Source: Acidobacteriota bacterium (GTDB lineage Bacteria; Acidobacteriota; UBA6911; RPQK01; CBDDCF01). Taken from it: DNA of 64,000 nucleotides. The notes under the pieces were generated by a model, which ran no database searches, was not told the DNA's origin, and saw only the letters and a list, made by a program, of their open reading frames with translations. Where the stretch lies: assembly GCA_965225995.1 (NCBI GenBank), contig CBDDCF010000026.1:106172-170171 (forward strand), read 5' to 3'. How positions within the stretch are numbered: the first letter of the stretch is position 1; each line of letters starts with the position of its first letter. The translations under genes were made by a program, and so were the position numbers. Below are positions 29,939 to 41,204 of this stretch, one piece after another.

Positions 29939-31256
29939 ATGATGGTCATGTCGAGATATATCTTCAGGAGTTCGTTATTAGCCTTTCTTCTTCTTGCGGT
30001 CGTGAATTCCCTCGTGGCGCAGCCCCAAAGTGCCTCCACTCGAAAGGAGAAGCTTCGCAAGGAAAGAGAGGAGCGGAGTCGCAGCCTAGCTCCCTATGCA
30101 ACGAGCAAAGGAGAACAGCGCGCGCGCTACTGGGAAAGAACGCGTCCTAAGATCCTCACCAAGGGGTACAAGGGCTTCCGTGCCGGGATTGGTGGGATTG
30201 ATGATCCCGCGGCTTTTGGCGAGGCGTCCTCCGGTTCCGGATGGGTGGGTAGCGTCGGCTACCAATACGGCCTCGATCGCCAAGATTTCCGATTTAGCAT
30301 CGACGGCCGCTATTCCACCAAACAGTATGAGCAGATCGAAGCCACTGTGGAATTCCCGACCGCCCGCAGCAACTCTCGGGTCCAAGGCTTTCTGACGTCG
30401 AACTATCGAGATTACAGGCAGGTCAATTTCTTTGGTCTGGGACCCGATAGCAGCAACCAACCGCTCGACGTATCGTTTAGAGGACCGCCGTTTCGGGGCC
30501 GGAGTTAAGATTCTCCCCAACCGATTCTTCTTCCTGGATGCCAGTTTGTCCTACCTCAACACCCACGTGTTCTCCGGGGAACGCGAACCCAGCGTGGAAG
30601 ATGTCTTTGATGTGACGCAGGCCGATCCACTCCAAGTTCTCTCGCTCGCAGAGCCGCCCGAGTATTTCATCTATGGGGGGACTTTTGGTCTTAATTTCTT
30701 CGACCGGGAGTTCCCTGAAGTAGGTGCCGGCTTCCTGCTTGGGGTCAAACGTTACGACGATCGAGAAGACGGCCGCTTTGATTTCACCAAGATTACTGCA
30801 GAGTTTTCTGCTGAAGTGCCCCTGAAGTACCGCAACCGCCGGCTGGCTTTTCGGCTGCGAACGGTTCACCACATGGCTGATGCCAGCGACGAAGTGCCCT
30901 TCTACCTGCTGGAGACCATCGGAGGAGGCACCACCTTCCGAGGATTCGAAAACTATCGCTTTCGAGATCTCCGCAGCCTGCTCATGAGTCTGGAGTACCG
31001 TTGGGAGGTCTGGACCTACACCGACTTTGCTATCTTCGCCGATGGCGCCAAGGTTTTTCAGAGGCCACGTGATTTCGATTTCACCGACCTGGAGGGAGCT
31101 TTTGGATTCGGCATCCTGCTGCGAACCCCATTTGAGGGCCGGCTGGGCCGCTATGGACGGTTGCGACTGGACATCGCCAAGAGCCGAGAGAGTTTCCAAT
31201 TCTATATCGGATCGGGGCCCGCTTTCGGTCGGCGCCATCCCCTTCTAGTCCAGTAA
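29939..31256 (+). CDS. outer-membrane beta-barrel protein (Omp85/surface-antigen-like C-terminus), -1 frameshift ~30470-30485
   Basis: Signal peptide MSRYIFRSSLLAFLLLAVVNSLVAQ. ORFs 29939..30508 and 30432..31256 join as ...NQPLD/TYRLEDRRFGAGVKILP. C-terminus ...FGFGILLRTPFEGRLGRYGRLRLDIAK ends in an aromatic-rich beta-barrel signature. Confidence 0.5.
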
Positions 31257-31387
31257 ATCGCGAACCAGAGTGGAAATCCGTTTGGAGCACAAGGAAATGA
31301 AACGCATACATACTGCTGCTGTTAGCGATCACGACCGTTGCTGTCATCGCTCAAAAGGAGCCCAAGTTCTACCCGGATGATCCTCTA

Positions 31388-32968
31388 TTGCGGGACGACG
31401 ATACCCTGGACACTCCCCGGCAGCCAGGCGAGATCGAACTCAGCGACCTGTACGATCGCTTCAGCCACGTTTTTCACGATTTCGGTTCTCTAGTCTGGGG
31501 TGAAGCCGAGAACATCAATACCCTCGATGAGGTTCCCGATAGCAGTTGGTTTCAAAACCGCCACGCGCAGGAGCGGTTGTCTATTCAGCAACTAGTCCGC
31601 GGGCCGGATGGAGGAACGGGACCGGACCCCGATCAGATCTGGACCATCTTTCGCGGCAAGGCTGAAGGGCTGACACCGGGATTTTCGATCATCGACGAGA
31701 AAGGTGAGCGCTACGTCATCAAGTTTGGAGCCCCTGATTATCCAGAATTGAATTCGGCAGCCGAGATCATCGCCACCAAGATTCTGTTTGCCAGCGGTTA
31801 CCACACGCCCGAAAACTACATCGTTCGGCTGAAGGCTGACAATTTGCGAATCCAGGACGGTACGATGGTAACCGATCGGTTCGGCGATCAAATCCGATTC
31901 ACACCCAAGATGCTGCGCCAGAGCCTCAAGCGGATGAAGCGGGAGCCAGATGGAAGCTTTCGGGTGGTGGCCAGCAAATACATCCCCGGGCAGCCCTTGG
32001 GCCCCTTCCGCTACTACGGCCGCCGAAGCGATGATCCAAATGATCTCTACGATCATGAGCAGAGACGAGAACTGCGCGGCTTGCGACTGATTGCCGCCTG
32101 GATCAACCATGACGATACGCGAGCTCAAAACACTCAGGACACCTGGGTGGCGGAGGGTGGGAGGCACCATATCAGGCATTACCTGATCGATTTTGGCTCC
32201 AGCTTCGGGAGCGGAACGGCTGACCTTCAGTTGCCCAACCTCAGCTTTCATTATTGGATGGACACCGATCTGATAAAGAAGAATGCTGGCGGCTTCGGGC
32301 TCCACGTACCCAAGTACCGAAAAGTCAAGTGGCCCAACTATAGGAAATACCCGGCGGTTGGCCGCTTCGAGTCGGAGGTATTCGATCCCGGAGCGTGGAA
32401 GAACGACTATCCCAATCCGGCCTTCATTCGAATGACCGAGCGCGATGCCTTCTGGGCGGCCAAGATCGTCATGAGTTTCACGCAAGAGGAGCTTGCGGCA
32501 ATCGTCAAAACAGGTCAGTTCTCCCGTAGCGAATAGGAAGAATACTTTCTCAAAGTGTTGCTCGAGCGGCAAAAGAAAAGTGGGGCTTTCGGCCTGAATC
32601 GGCTCAATCCACTGGACGAATTCAGCCTTACATCAACGGGTTTGGAGTTCACGAACCTCTCCGAGAAATATGGCCTTGAGACTTCGGTTTCCACTTACCA
32701 GGCTCAATGGGGCATCTATGACAACAGCACAGGATCCCGTCGCGATGAGGGCACGCCCGTGACCACACTGAACGGCTGGCTCAAGGTTCCGACTCTCGAC
32801 TTATCGGGTGTGGCTGAACCTTACCTTACAGTGGCCATCCGCACCGAAAACCAGGATCTCCCGAAGTGGGACAGGATCGTTCTGGTGTATCTGAGAGCCA
32901 AGGGTGGAGGGCATGAAATCGTCGGAATCGATCGAGAATCGACTCCTTCACTGCCTCCTCAGGAGTAG
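31388..32968 (+). CDS. protein-kinase-like fold protein (HxDxxxxN catalytic loop + DFG), uncharacterised family; in-frame TAG at 32534-32536
   Basis: LIAAWINHDDTRAQN (HxDxxxxN) followed 20 aa later by YLIDFGSSFGSG (DFG). ORFs 31388..32536 and 32555..32968 are in the same frame, separated by a TAG. Confidence 0.4.
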
Positions 32969-33241
32969 GCTAGATTATTTGACTCTTAGTGCCTTCCAAT
33001 TCCCTTCTTTGCACTCGCAGCTAGCATGGGAGATCTCCTTCCCTGACTGGTGAGTGGAGTTCTCCCGGTTTTGTGGACACCGGAAAAGATCATGCAGCCC
33101 TCTTGAGGGCAGTGCGCTCGAAGTCGGCGGGGCTGAGGTAGCCTAGAGCCGAATGACTGCGCTCACGAACCAGCAGCCGGGATCTTGAATCCGTAGCCTA
33201 GGCTCCTAGCTTGTGGTGAGCCCCTGTAGGGTTCTATCCGG

Positions 33242-34580
33242 ATGCAGGCAGGATGGCTGCGCTACTTTGGAAAAGACGCAGGCGCGATGGTTCGGCTACT
33301 CGAAATGAAACTCATCCATCAAATCCCGGTCTGGGGAAAACCACAACAGAATGCCGTCGAGCAGATGAAGAACTGTTTTCAGAAGGGAGAATACTGCGCC
33401 CTGATGGCGGATCATCATCTCGGATACAGCTGTGCCCATTGGCGGTGTGATCGCCTACCAGGGCCGGGTCAGTCCCTCTGGAGTCGGGTTCGATATTGCC
33501 TGTGGAAACAAGGCGATTCGTCTCGATTGTGATGCCTCTGAAGTTAGGAGGAACATCGTACCGATCATGGACGACATTTGGAAAAGTCTTTCTTTTGGAG
33601 TGGGACGAAGCAACCCGGAGGATGTGGACCACGACTTGTTCTACGACGACCCGGCTTGGGAAATCCCGGTAGCGGCCAGCTTGAAGGACATGGCCCGAAG
33701 CCAACTCGGCACGATCGGGAGCGGAAACCACTATGTCGACCTCTTCGAGGACGAACAGTCTCGGGCCTGGGTGGGGGGCCACTTCGGATCGCGAGGCCTC
33801 GGACACAAGCTGGCCAGCCACTTCATCAAGGCGGGAGGCGGCAAGGACGGCATGTTCGTCGATCCGGTTCTGCTGGATGTGAATACGGAGCTGGGGGCCG
33901 CCTACGTGGCCTGCATGACGCTGGCCGGGCGCTACGCCTACGCCGGCAGAGATTGGGTGTGCCACCGGGTGGCCTCCATCCTGGGAGCATCGATCGAGGA
34001 CGAGGTCCACAACCACCACAATTTTGCCTGGGAAGAGGAGCACCACGGGAGCCTGCTGTGGGTGGTGCGAAAAGGAGCCACTCCCGCCTTCCCAGGCCAA
34101 CGCGGCTTCGTCGGGGGATCTATGGGCGATATCTCAGTGATTTTGGAAGGGGTAGCCTCCAGGGAATCCGTACGGGCTCTTCACTCGACCGTCCATGGAG
34201 CCGGGCGAGTGATGTCAAGGCCCCAGGCTGCTGGCAAGACGAGATTTAGGAAGGGGCGTCTCGTCCGCATCTCACATGGGAAGATCAGCCGGGAGATGAT
34301 GCTCGATTGGATCCAGCCGATGGGAGTGGAATTGCGCGGTGCCGGAAGCGACGAATCTCCCCATTGTTACAAACGTCTCCCGCAGGTCCTGGAAGCTCAC
34401 AGCAAGACGATCCGAGTCCTCCACACCCTGACCCCTATCGGGACTGAATTCGTGGAGATCCGCGAGGATGATCTTGGGGGTGATTGCCACAGCTTCAGCC
34501 TGGGTGGACCTGGACCAGGCGCGGATTCGTCAATTCGACAGCGACACTCAGATGAGTTTGAAGCCTTTGTCGCTTGTTGA
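33242..34580 (+). CDS. rtcB: RtcB-family RNA ligase, +1 frameshift ~33430
   Basis: ALMADHHLGYS then frame change to (V)PIGGVIAYQGRVSPSGVGFDIACG. GSGNHY, HNHHN and HGAGR catalytic motifs are present. The stray base lies in ggatacagcTgtgccc. Confidence 0.75.
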
Positions 34581-34886
34581 CCGGGATTTCCTAACCTGAA
34601 ACTTGATTTGTGAGGACGAGATACCTCAGGCTGTCTTACAGTCTCTCCCTGGATGGCACTAAACTGGTTTCGGAGGTGTGGGGCCTTCCCTGGCCGCGAG
34701 AGGACCGTCAGGCCCGAATCTAAAGATACTATTTTCAATAGAATCGCCGCCTCAGAAGGCGCCTCCCACGGTTCTGAAACTCGGCTTTCCTCTGCGACAT
34801 CACCCCCCTCTTTGTGGCACACGGGAGCTCAGTTTCTTTCCTGAATGATCCGGCCATAGGCCGGGGATGGGCTAAACTGAAACTCG

Positions 34887-35402
34887 ATGATCATTATTCG
34901 CCCGGAGTCTCCAACCGACAGTTCGGCCATTCGCTCAATTTTGGAAGAAGCCTTCGGCCAAGCGCTGGAAGCAGAGCTAGTGGATGCTCTGCGCGCTTCG
35001 TGTCGCGGCCTCCTCTCATTGGTGGCGGTGCGCGGAGATCGGGTGGTGGGTCACATCCTCTTTAGTCCGGTCACTGCCACGGCCGGCACGGGATCGATTG
35101 AAGGGATGGGACTGGGTCCGATGGCGGTTATGCCACAGTATCAGCGCCAGGGGATCGGTTCTCAGCTGGTCAATGCCGGTCTCGAGAAGCTACGAGAAAA
35201 GGCCTGTCCCTTTGTCGTGGTCCTGGGCCACCCGGAGTACTCTCCGCGTTTTGGCTTTCTCCCAGCTTCTCAGCTCGGTCTCGACTGTCAGTGGGAAGGA
35301 ATTCCAGACAACGTGTTCCTGGCCAGGGTTCTCCACGAGGGGGCCTTAGATGGGGTCTCCGGCGTAGCCCGATACCGGGACGAATTTAATCAGGCCTTGT
35401 GA
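34887..35402 (+). CDS. GNAT-family N-acetyltransferase
   Basis: 171 aa. QRQGIGSQLV (Q/RxxGxG/A acetyl-CoA motif). YhbS-like layout. Confidence 0.8.
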   Translation: MIIIRPESPTDSSAIRSILEEAFGQALEAELVDALRASCRGLLSLVAVRGDRVVGHILFSPVTATAGTGSIEGMGLGPMAVMPQYQRQGIGSQLVNAGLEKLREKACPFVVVLGHPEYSPRFGFLPASQLGLDCQWEGIPDNVFLARVLHEGALDGVSGVARYRDEFNQAL

Positions 35403-35469
35403 GGATGCAGGTGTTGATGCGTGACTAGTCTGCTTCAGATCGTGCTGTTGCTGATCTCACGCCGGGATA

Positions 35470-37095
35470 ACGACTAAGCTGAAACTTGATTTGGAGCCTC
35501 CATCGGAACAAGAGCGTAACCCATTGATTTTGCGACCTTTTGAGCGTACTTGAGGCGATTCTGCTGAAAGCGGGCCGCATAGGCCTCAGCGCCCTGGTCG
35601 ACGTATTCTTGGCCGTATTTCAGAGCCCGATAAATGTGTTCGGAGAGCTTGCGCGCAGTGGCTCCAATGGAGATGGACATGCCTTTGCGCTGAGCCATTC
35701 TCCGATAGTAAGCACCCAAAGCTGTTGAGGAATTCTTCAGAGACAAAGCCGACATGCGAAGGGTGCAGGCAATGCGGGTCGATCCCAGACCTCTTCCACG
35801 ACGCTTGCGGCTTTTGCCGGCAGAACGATCCAAGGGGGTGCAAACCTTCAGCCAGGATGCAAAGTGCTTGGTGGAGGGGAAACGCTGGATGTCGAATCCT
35901 ACTTCACTGATTGCGGTCAATGCGGCTTCTGGGCCGATACCATCGATTCGGGTCAGGTCGACTCCCGTAAACCGCCACAGAGCCGTGCGCAGTTCCTGAT
36001 AGCCCTGTCGTTTGATGTTCTTCTCTTTGTTGGGATTGGGATGTACCGGCACCGCTTGTTGTTGACGTTGGGGCGGGCTCAACTCTTCCAAACGCTGGAT
36101 GATCTTCTGCTCATAAACCTCCACCATCTGTTGCCGATACGCATAGTGCTCCAGATGCATCTGGAGATTGAACAAATGCTCGGGCATCCAAGTGCCCTTC
36201 AAGTGCTCGGCAATCTCTGCCTGGCTCTTTTTACAGCGACGATCTCGCAACTGGGCCAACTGTAAGGGATCTCGTTCTCCCGCCACGATGGCTCGGAGAA
36301 TAGACATTCCCGTCACTCCTGTCAGATCCGTCACGGCTTGGTGAACTTTGATATTCATCCAGTCCAGTGCTTTCTGCATTCGCTGGACCACCGATCCCAA
36401 CGTTTCTTTCAAGTTGGCCCGCTCTCGGGCCAGGGCTCGCAACTCCCGAATCACTGGCGAGGGTCGGAAACAAGCCTCCAACAGCCCACATGCGTGTAGC
36501 TTCTGAATCCACTGGCAGTCCAACATATCGGTCTTCCGACCGGGAACCCGCTTGCGCTTGCGGGCATCCACTAGAACTGCCTCGATGCCCCGTTCTTCCA
36601 GCAGATCGTATAAAGGAATCCAATACGTTCCCGTACTCTCGATGGCCACCGACTGGACTCCTTGTTTGTGCAGCCAGCCCGCCGCGGCTTCCAACTCGCA
36701 CGTGGTGGTCCCGAATACTCGCACATTCGGCACTCCTTCCTCTGTTTCTGGGGCACAAATCCAGTGCTCTCGACTCCCCGCATCGACTCCTGCTACCCGG
36801 CTATGGACGACCTCCAACCCTCGGGCTGCTTGCTGTCTTTTTTGGGCTCGCTTCCTCCTGCTCTTCTTCTTGGCTTTCATGCTATCGTTGAACCTCCATA
36901 AGGAATGTGCGAGCTGCGGCCCGAGGTGGCTATGCTGCTAAATCTAAGCTGCGGGATGGTCCCCCTGGGGGACCTCACCAGTGAATCATGGCCGACTCGG
37001 GACCAGGCTAAGATTCGAGCATTGGATGCTTCAGTGCTTGCCAGGGTCTTGACTGCCACAGCTCGCACCTAGACTAACTCGAAGCTGCCCAAGTT
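35470..37095 (-). mobile_element. IS110-family insertion sequence (transposase 35474..36880) with ~210-nt 5' non-coding region
   Basis: 468-aa transposase with an N-terminal DEDD (RuvC-like) domain and a C-terminal Tnp domain (KSMGYALVP). No terminal inverted repeats. Bounded by imperfect 20-bp direct repeats gctaag(c/a)tgaaacttgattt (35475-35497 and 37138-37160). The right boundary is approximate, because about 45 nt left of 37138 is shared with the IS-free site at 34840-34890. Confidence 0.8.
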
Positions 37096-37127
37096 TCTTT
37101 CTCGAATCATCCGGCCAACGGCCGGGG

Positions 37128-37410
37128 GCTGGGCTAAGATGAAACTTGATTTGCCGTCTGACTTGATGCCTCTGTAGTCTGCTTCGCCTCCTCAGAGCCG
37201 ATCCACGTTTTGTAGGAGTGCGGTTTGCTAACCAACCCAGCGGTCCAGGCCGGATCCTGCAATCGGCGAGACCTCAAAGATGGGGACTGGACCCTTGGAT
37301 CCTTTCTCCTCCAGCTCTCCTCTCAGGAGAGCGGAGTTCGTCAGCACAGCTCACTCCTACAAAGCATGGCCTGCACTTTAGGCAGCGAAGCAGATCGGAC
37401 AAACCCTCAC
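37128..37410. repeat. dispersed repeat element, copy C (immediately adjacent to the IS110 element)
   Basis: ggctgggctaagatgaaacttgatttgccgtctgacttgatgcc...ctgcttcgcctcctcagagccgatccacgttttgtaggag...ctcctacaaagcatggcctgc...ggcagcgaagcagatcgga. About 85% identical to copy A. Confidence 0.7.
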
Positions 37411-37917
37411 TTTGGCGGGGATGTAGAGCTTGGGCTCGACGGTAAAGACCATCCCAGGGGCGAGAGGGATGCTGTAGTCTCGGCTGTCCGTGGCTTCCAG
37501 CCCGATGTGATGGCCTAGGTCTCGGACTCCAGTTCCCCGAGCGCCACTGTAGTTGGTCAGTTGGCCGCTCTGTTTGAGGAAGTAGGTGGGTGACGGCATC
37601 ACTCCCCAAACTCGATCCAGTCCCATCTTGTCGATGTCTTCGTATTCCTCAAAGCCGTGACTCCGGAACACCTCAGCCGCTGCCAGTTGCTGCCTCTCAC
37701 TCACAGGCGGGTCCAGGCCCGGGGGCGCATAACGCTTCCCAGAATCCTGCAGGAAAAAGACCTCAGCGTTGGGAGCGTGCCATTGCCGCAGACGAGGCAA
37801 CAGGCTGTCCAGTGGGAGTACCTGATCAATCCCCGTGATCGATTGAGCTTTAGAACCGGGAAAAAGGCGCCGAATCGGACGATTCCAAGAGGCCTCGCAA
37901 AAGCGAGGGTCATTCAT
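37378..37917 (-). pseudogene. M24-family metallopeptidase C-terminal fragment, 3' end replaced by repeat copy C
   Basis: ...GHHIGLEATDSRDYSIPLAPGMVFTVEPKLYIP matches the pita-bread catalytic C-terminus of M24. The N-terminal ~200 aa of a normal M24 enzyme are absent. The last ~10 codons are encoded by the repeat element. Confidence 0.45.
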
Positions 37918-38278
37918 GTGTCAAGGCCATCAGCTAAGCTCCGCCTCAAACCGACGAGAACTTCTTGGTTAGGCCTTCGACGCGAATCTCCCGCCTGGAA
38001 GCGACGAAGCCCTTGGAGTGCAGCAGCGGAGTCATCTTCCTCACCCTGACCAGTCGAGTCCAGCGACCCCATTGGTGATTTCCATGGAGTCGCTCTCGGG
38101 TACGCTGGAAGTTTCCCGGGTGTGCTGCCCTCCTCCAATGAACAAGCACCGGGGCGGCAGGGCCAGGCCAGCTGGCGTCTGTATGACATCGAGGTCTAAG
38201 CCTAACCTGGGGAGGCTGGATGCCTGTCTTTGAAGGTATTATAGGTGTCTTGGACGGAATCATGAGAGGACAACCACT

Positions 38279-39286
38279 ATGCACAAGGGAATACTGCCAC
38301 TGGGCGGCTTGATCTGGGTTCTGCTTTCGATTAGCTCTGCGCTGGCCCAGGGTACGCCAGATCCCGAGTCGCCTCGCTACAAGGGACTGGTGGCTTTGAG
38401 CCAGTTCATGCGGACCACAGGGGAAGAAGACATCGAGTCGTTTATCAGCGAGTTGGTGAGCCGAGATCTGAGGAGTCAGCACGATGCGGCTGATCTGAGG
38501 CGCCTCCTGGCTGGCTTACGGGAAGAGTTTAGTGGAATTGAGGTGCGGGGTGGACAACCGCGTGGCCCTTATTCGGCGGCAATCTCTTTCGCAGCGCCCG
38601 GGAAACAGGGCCGCAGCAGCGTTCCCTTTGAAGTTGAGCCTGATCCACCACATCGCTTTGTTTCCATCGACTTTGGCAGTGATGCAGGGGGGTCTTCTGC
38701 GGGGCCTCAGTTCAGTACCGGACAGCTGTCTGAGCTGATCGAATCTATCGCTCAGACTTTGATCGAGGGATACATCTATGAGGACCGGGGACGAGAGCTG
38801 GCTGGGGTGGATTCGCTAATCATCGATCTGCGCTACAACGGCGGTGGGGGCGAGCCGATGGTCAGATATCTCTCAGCCTACTTGTTTGCCGTTTCCACCC
38901 ACTTGGTGGACACCTTTATGCGGGGATGGGACGAGCCCCGTCAGCGCTGGACCTCGGACGACGTTGCAGGAAAGCGTCTCCCTAATATTCCAGTTTACCT
39001 ACTCACCAGCTGGCGGACTTTCTCGGCCGCCGAGTCTTTCACTTTTGGGTTGAAAGTGAACCAACGGGTCACTCTGGTGGGAGAAAGAACCGGAGGGGGT
39101 GGCCATTTTGGAGGAATCCAGCCACTGATCTCCGGCTTTTCGATTTGGCTGCCACAAGGCCGGACGTATGATCCCAAGACGGGAGAAGGCTGGGAGGCGG
39201 AAGGCATCGAGCCTGATATCGCCACCTCTGTTTCGGAGGCCCTCGATGTGGCTCATAAGGCGGCTTTGAAGAAGATCGGACATTAG
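38279..39286 (+). CDS. S41-family (tail-specific/tricorn-core-like) peptidase, secreted
   Basis: Signal peptide. DLRYNGGGG motif and downstream TSWRTFSAAESF (catalytic Ser region) typical of peptidase S41. Confidence 0.65.
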   Translation: MHKGILPLGGLIWVLLSISSALAQGTPDPESPRYKGLVALSQFMRTTGEEDIESFISELVSRDLRSQHDAADLRRLLAGLREEFSGIEVRGGQPRGPYSAAISFAAPGKQGRSSVPFEVEPDPPHRFVSIDFGSDAGGSSAGPQFSTGQLSELIESIAQTLIEGYIYEDRGRELAGVDSLIIDLRYNGGGGEPMVRYLSAYLFAVSTHLVDTFMRGWDEPRQRWTSDDVAGKRLPNIPVYLLTSWRTFSAAESFTFGLKVNQRVTLVGERTGGGGHFGGIQPLISGFSIWLPQGRTYDPKTGEGWEAEGIEPDIATSVSEALDVAHKAALKKIGH

Positions 39287-39377
39287 GAGAGGGGGCCAAG
39301 GATTTCAGGAGGATTTCAGGGGTCCAATTCCCAACCTCTGGGACTTGGAGCCCTGGAACCCTGGACCCTTTCCCACG

Positions 39378-39830
39378 TTACTCCACCAACGTGTAGTGTC
39401 CATGAATGCACAGCCAGCGGCCGTTTTCTCGCACGAAGACACGGGTGGATTTGCCCCGGCTCGTGAAACGGGTGCTTTGGGAGATGCCCTCATCCGTCCA
39501 ATAGTATGTAATCCAGGCCACCTCTCCCCGGATCGTGACTTTGGGTTGATGCATCTCGGTGTGAACGTTTCTGGCTCGGCTCAGATAACTTTCCACAGAC
39601 CGCAACTCCAGCTCTTTTCCTTCAGCCAGATAAGTGTCGGTTTCTCCAAAAGCAGAGAAATCGGGATGCAGGTACTTGGCGTACTCATCCATGTCGTTCG
39701 CTTCGATGGCGGCCCAAATCCTGATCAGGGTTTGCTTGATTGCCTCTTCATCGCCGCCAGTATCCTGAGAGGAGACGTTCCCCAGGAACAGAGCCCCCAG
39801 GAGCAGGGCAGAGAGGGTTTTTTGAATCAT
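39378..39830 (-). CDS. secreted SnoaL-like/NTF2-fold (DUF4440-like) protein
   Basis: 150 aa. Signal peptide. IKQTLIRIWAAIEANDMDEYAKYLHPDFSAFG... fits the NTF2-like fold. Confidence 0.55.
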   Translation of the reverse strand: MIQKTLSALLLGALFLGNVSSQDTGGDEEAIKQTLIRIWAAIEANDMDEYAKYLHPDFSAFGETDTYLAEGKELELRSVESYLSRARNVHTEMHQPKVTIRGEVAWITYYWTDEGISQSTRFTSRGKSTRVFVRENGRWLCIHGHYTLVE

Positions 39831-39936
39831 TTTGTGCTCCCTTCTTTAGTTATGAGGCAGAGCCTCGGCCGCCGACAAACAGCGTCGTTTTCGAACTCGA
39901 GACGAGAATGGGTCCCTCCGGTTTTCGTGTACATCT

Positions 39937-41190
39937 TCAGCGTGCGGTTCGGTTTTTGACACCGTGCCAACGTTCCCCCGCCAGCCTCTGCCGGAGTCGG
40001 TATTTCCGATGTTCTAATTCGGGGCTGGACTCGAACTCGAGAGCTTGTGCCACCAGGTCGAGAGCGGCCTTAAAGTCGTGCCGGTGATGCTCCAGAATTT
40101 TGGCGGCCTCTACTAGCAGCGACACGGGGGGCCGCTTTTGAAGGCGGATCGACTGCTCGAAGAACTGGAGAGCCTGATTCCTTTTGGCGAGGCGTTTCTT
40201 GAGCAGCCCCAGTTCGGCTAAGACTTCAGGGCAAGGGGGCGACTCAGGGCTCAGGCTCGCTTCCAAAAGCTGCTCTGCCCTCTGCCAGTTGCCTCGTAGT
40301 TGGTGCAGCCGGCTGGACCGAAGCGGACTGACGAAGAACCGGTCATCCGGACATCGGCAGAGCTCGGCAGCTCGGACCAGGAGTCCGACCAGCGTCAGAA
40401 TATCGAGTCGATTGTGTTCGAAGACGCGATCGAAAGAGGCGCAGGATCCGGTGTGGAGGTAGTTGAAGTAGAGCCTGGGGATATGGGCGGAGGGGATATC
40501 TCCTTGTCGCCCGTATCCCAGTAGATTTCGTTCCAGAGTTTGTAGAGCACAGTCGGCGAAACAGTCTCTCCACAAGACCCGGCTGGGGTGCAGCAGATCC
40601 AGGTGCTCGAGAATGAGGAAGGAATGTTCCATCTTCTGCAGCACGTAACGGTAGCCGAGCAGGTTGAGGTCGTACGATTTGCCGTTGAAGGTTACCAGGA
40701 AACGAGCCGAGGTAGACTCGATCAGCTCTCCCACCAACTTCAAGAAGGCCCGCTCGTGCTGATATCCAGGTAGAAAGAACTGTCGAATCCGGAAGTGATT
40801 GGATTCAAAGTAACCGACACCCACCAGGAAGGCGCAGGTTCCGGTGCCCCCGCTGAGTCCGGTCGTCTCTGTATCGAGGAACAGTGTTTCAAAGGGAGAA
40901 AAACGCTTGAAATCGGCGTTTGTGGCCAGTACATCTAGTTCCGAGCCGGCCAGCTTCAGGATCGAGTCCAGAGAAATGTTGCCATGCTGGTGGTCGAATC
41001 CGAAGTCGCGATCGACGATCAGAGTTCGACCCTCGGGCCGCTCCACCCACGTCCCCCCCAGAAACTCCTCCAGCGGTGGAGTAGCCGGAGGGCGATGTAT
41101 CTTTTCCAAACGCCGCCGCAGCTCGGAGGCGTCCCCGGCTGGGGTTGTTCCGTAGAGCTTCGAGAGCCGGTGTCTGATTTGACTCTTCAT
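39937..41190 (-). CDS. mrfB: MrfB/YprB-like RNase H-fold exonuclease with C-terminal TPR region
   Basis: FLDTETTGLSGGTGTCAFLVGVGYFE (DEDD-type exonuclease motif I). C-terminal half is helical/TPR-like. Probable start ATG 41190, 15 nt after the helicase stop. Confidence 0.6.
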   Translation of the reverse strand: MKSQIRHRLSKLYGTTPAGDASELRRRLEKIHRPPATPPLEEFLGGTWVERPEGRTLIVDRDFGFDHQHGNISLDSILKLAGSELDVLATNADFKRFSPFETLFLDTETTGLSGGTGTCAFLVGVGYFESNHFRIRQFFLPGYQHERAFLKLVGELIESTSARFLVTFNGKSYDLNLLGYRYVLQKMEHSFLILEHLDLLHPSRVLWRDCFADCALQTLERNLLGYGRQGDIPSAHIPRLYFNYLHTGSCASFDRVFEHNRLDILTLVGLLVRAAELCRCPDDRFFVSPLRSSRLHQLRGNWQRAEQLLEASLSPESPPCPEVLAELGLLKKRLAKRNQALQFFEQSIRLQKRPPVSLLVEAAKILEHHRHDFKAALDLVAQALEFESSPELEHRKYRLRQRLAGERWHGVKNRTAR

Positions 41191-41204
41191 CGCACTGTGT
41201 GCCT

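Noticed and set aside
6585-32536. In-frame stop codons as programmed recoding (selenocysteine, pyrrolysine or an alternative genetic code)
   Set aside because: Three different stop codons (TGA, TAA, TAG) are involved. None is at a known Sec/Pyl position of these enzyme families. All three codons also terminate intact genes in the window. The sequence is high GC.
37946-38482. 178-aa ORF on the minus strand between the M24 fragment and the S41 peptidase
   Set aside because: Low-complexity Pro/Arg-rich translation with no domain and no start-site signals. Probably non-coding.
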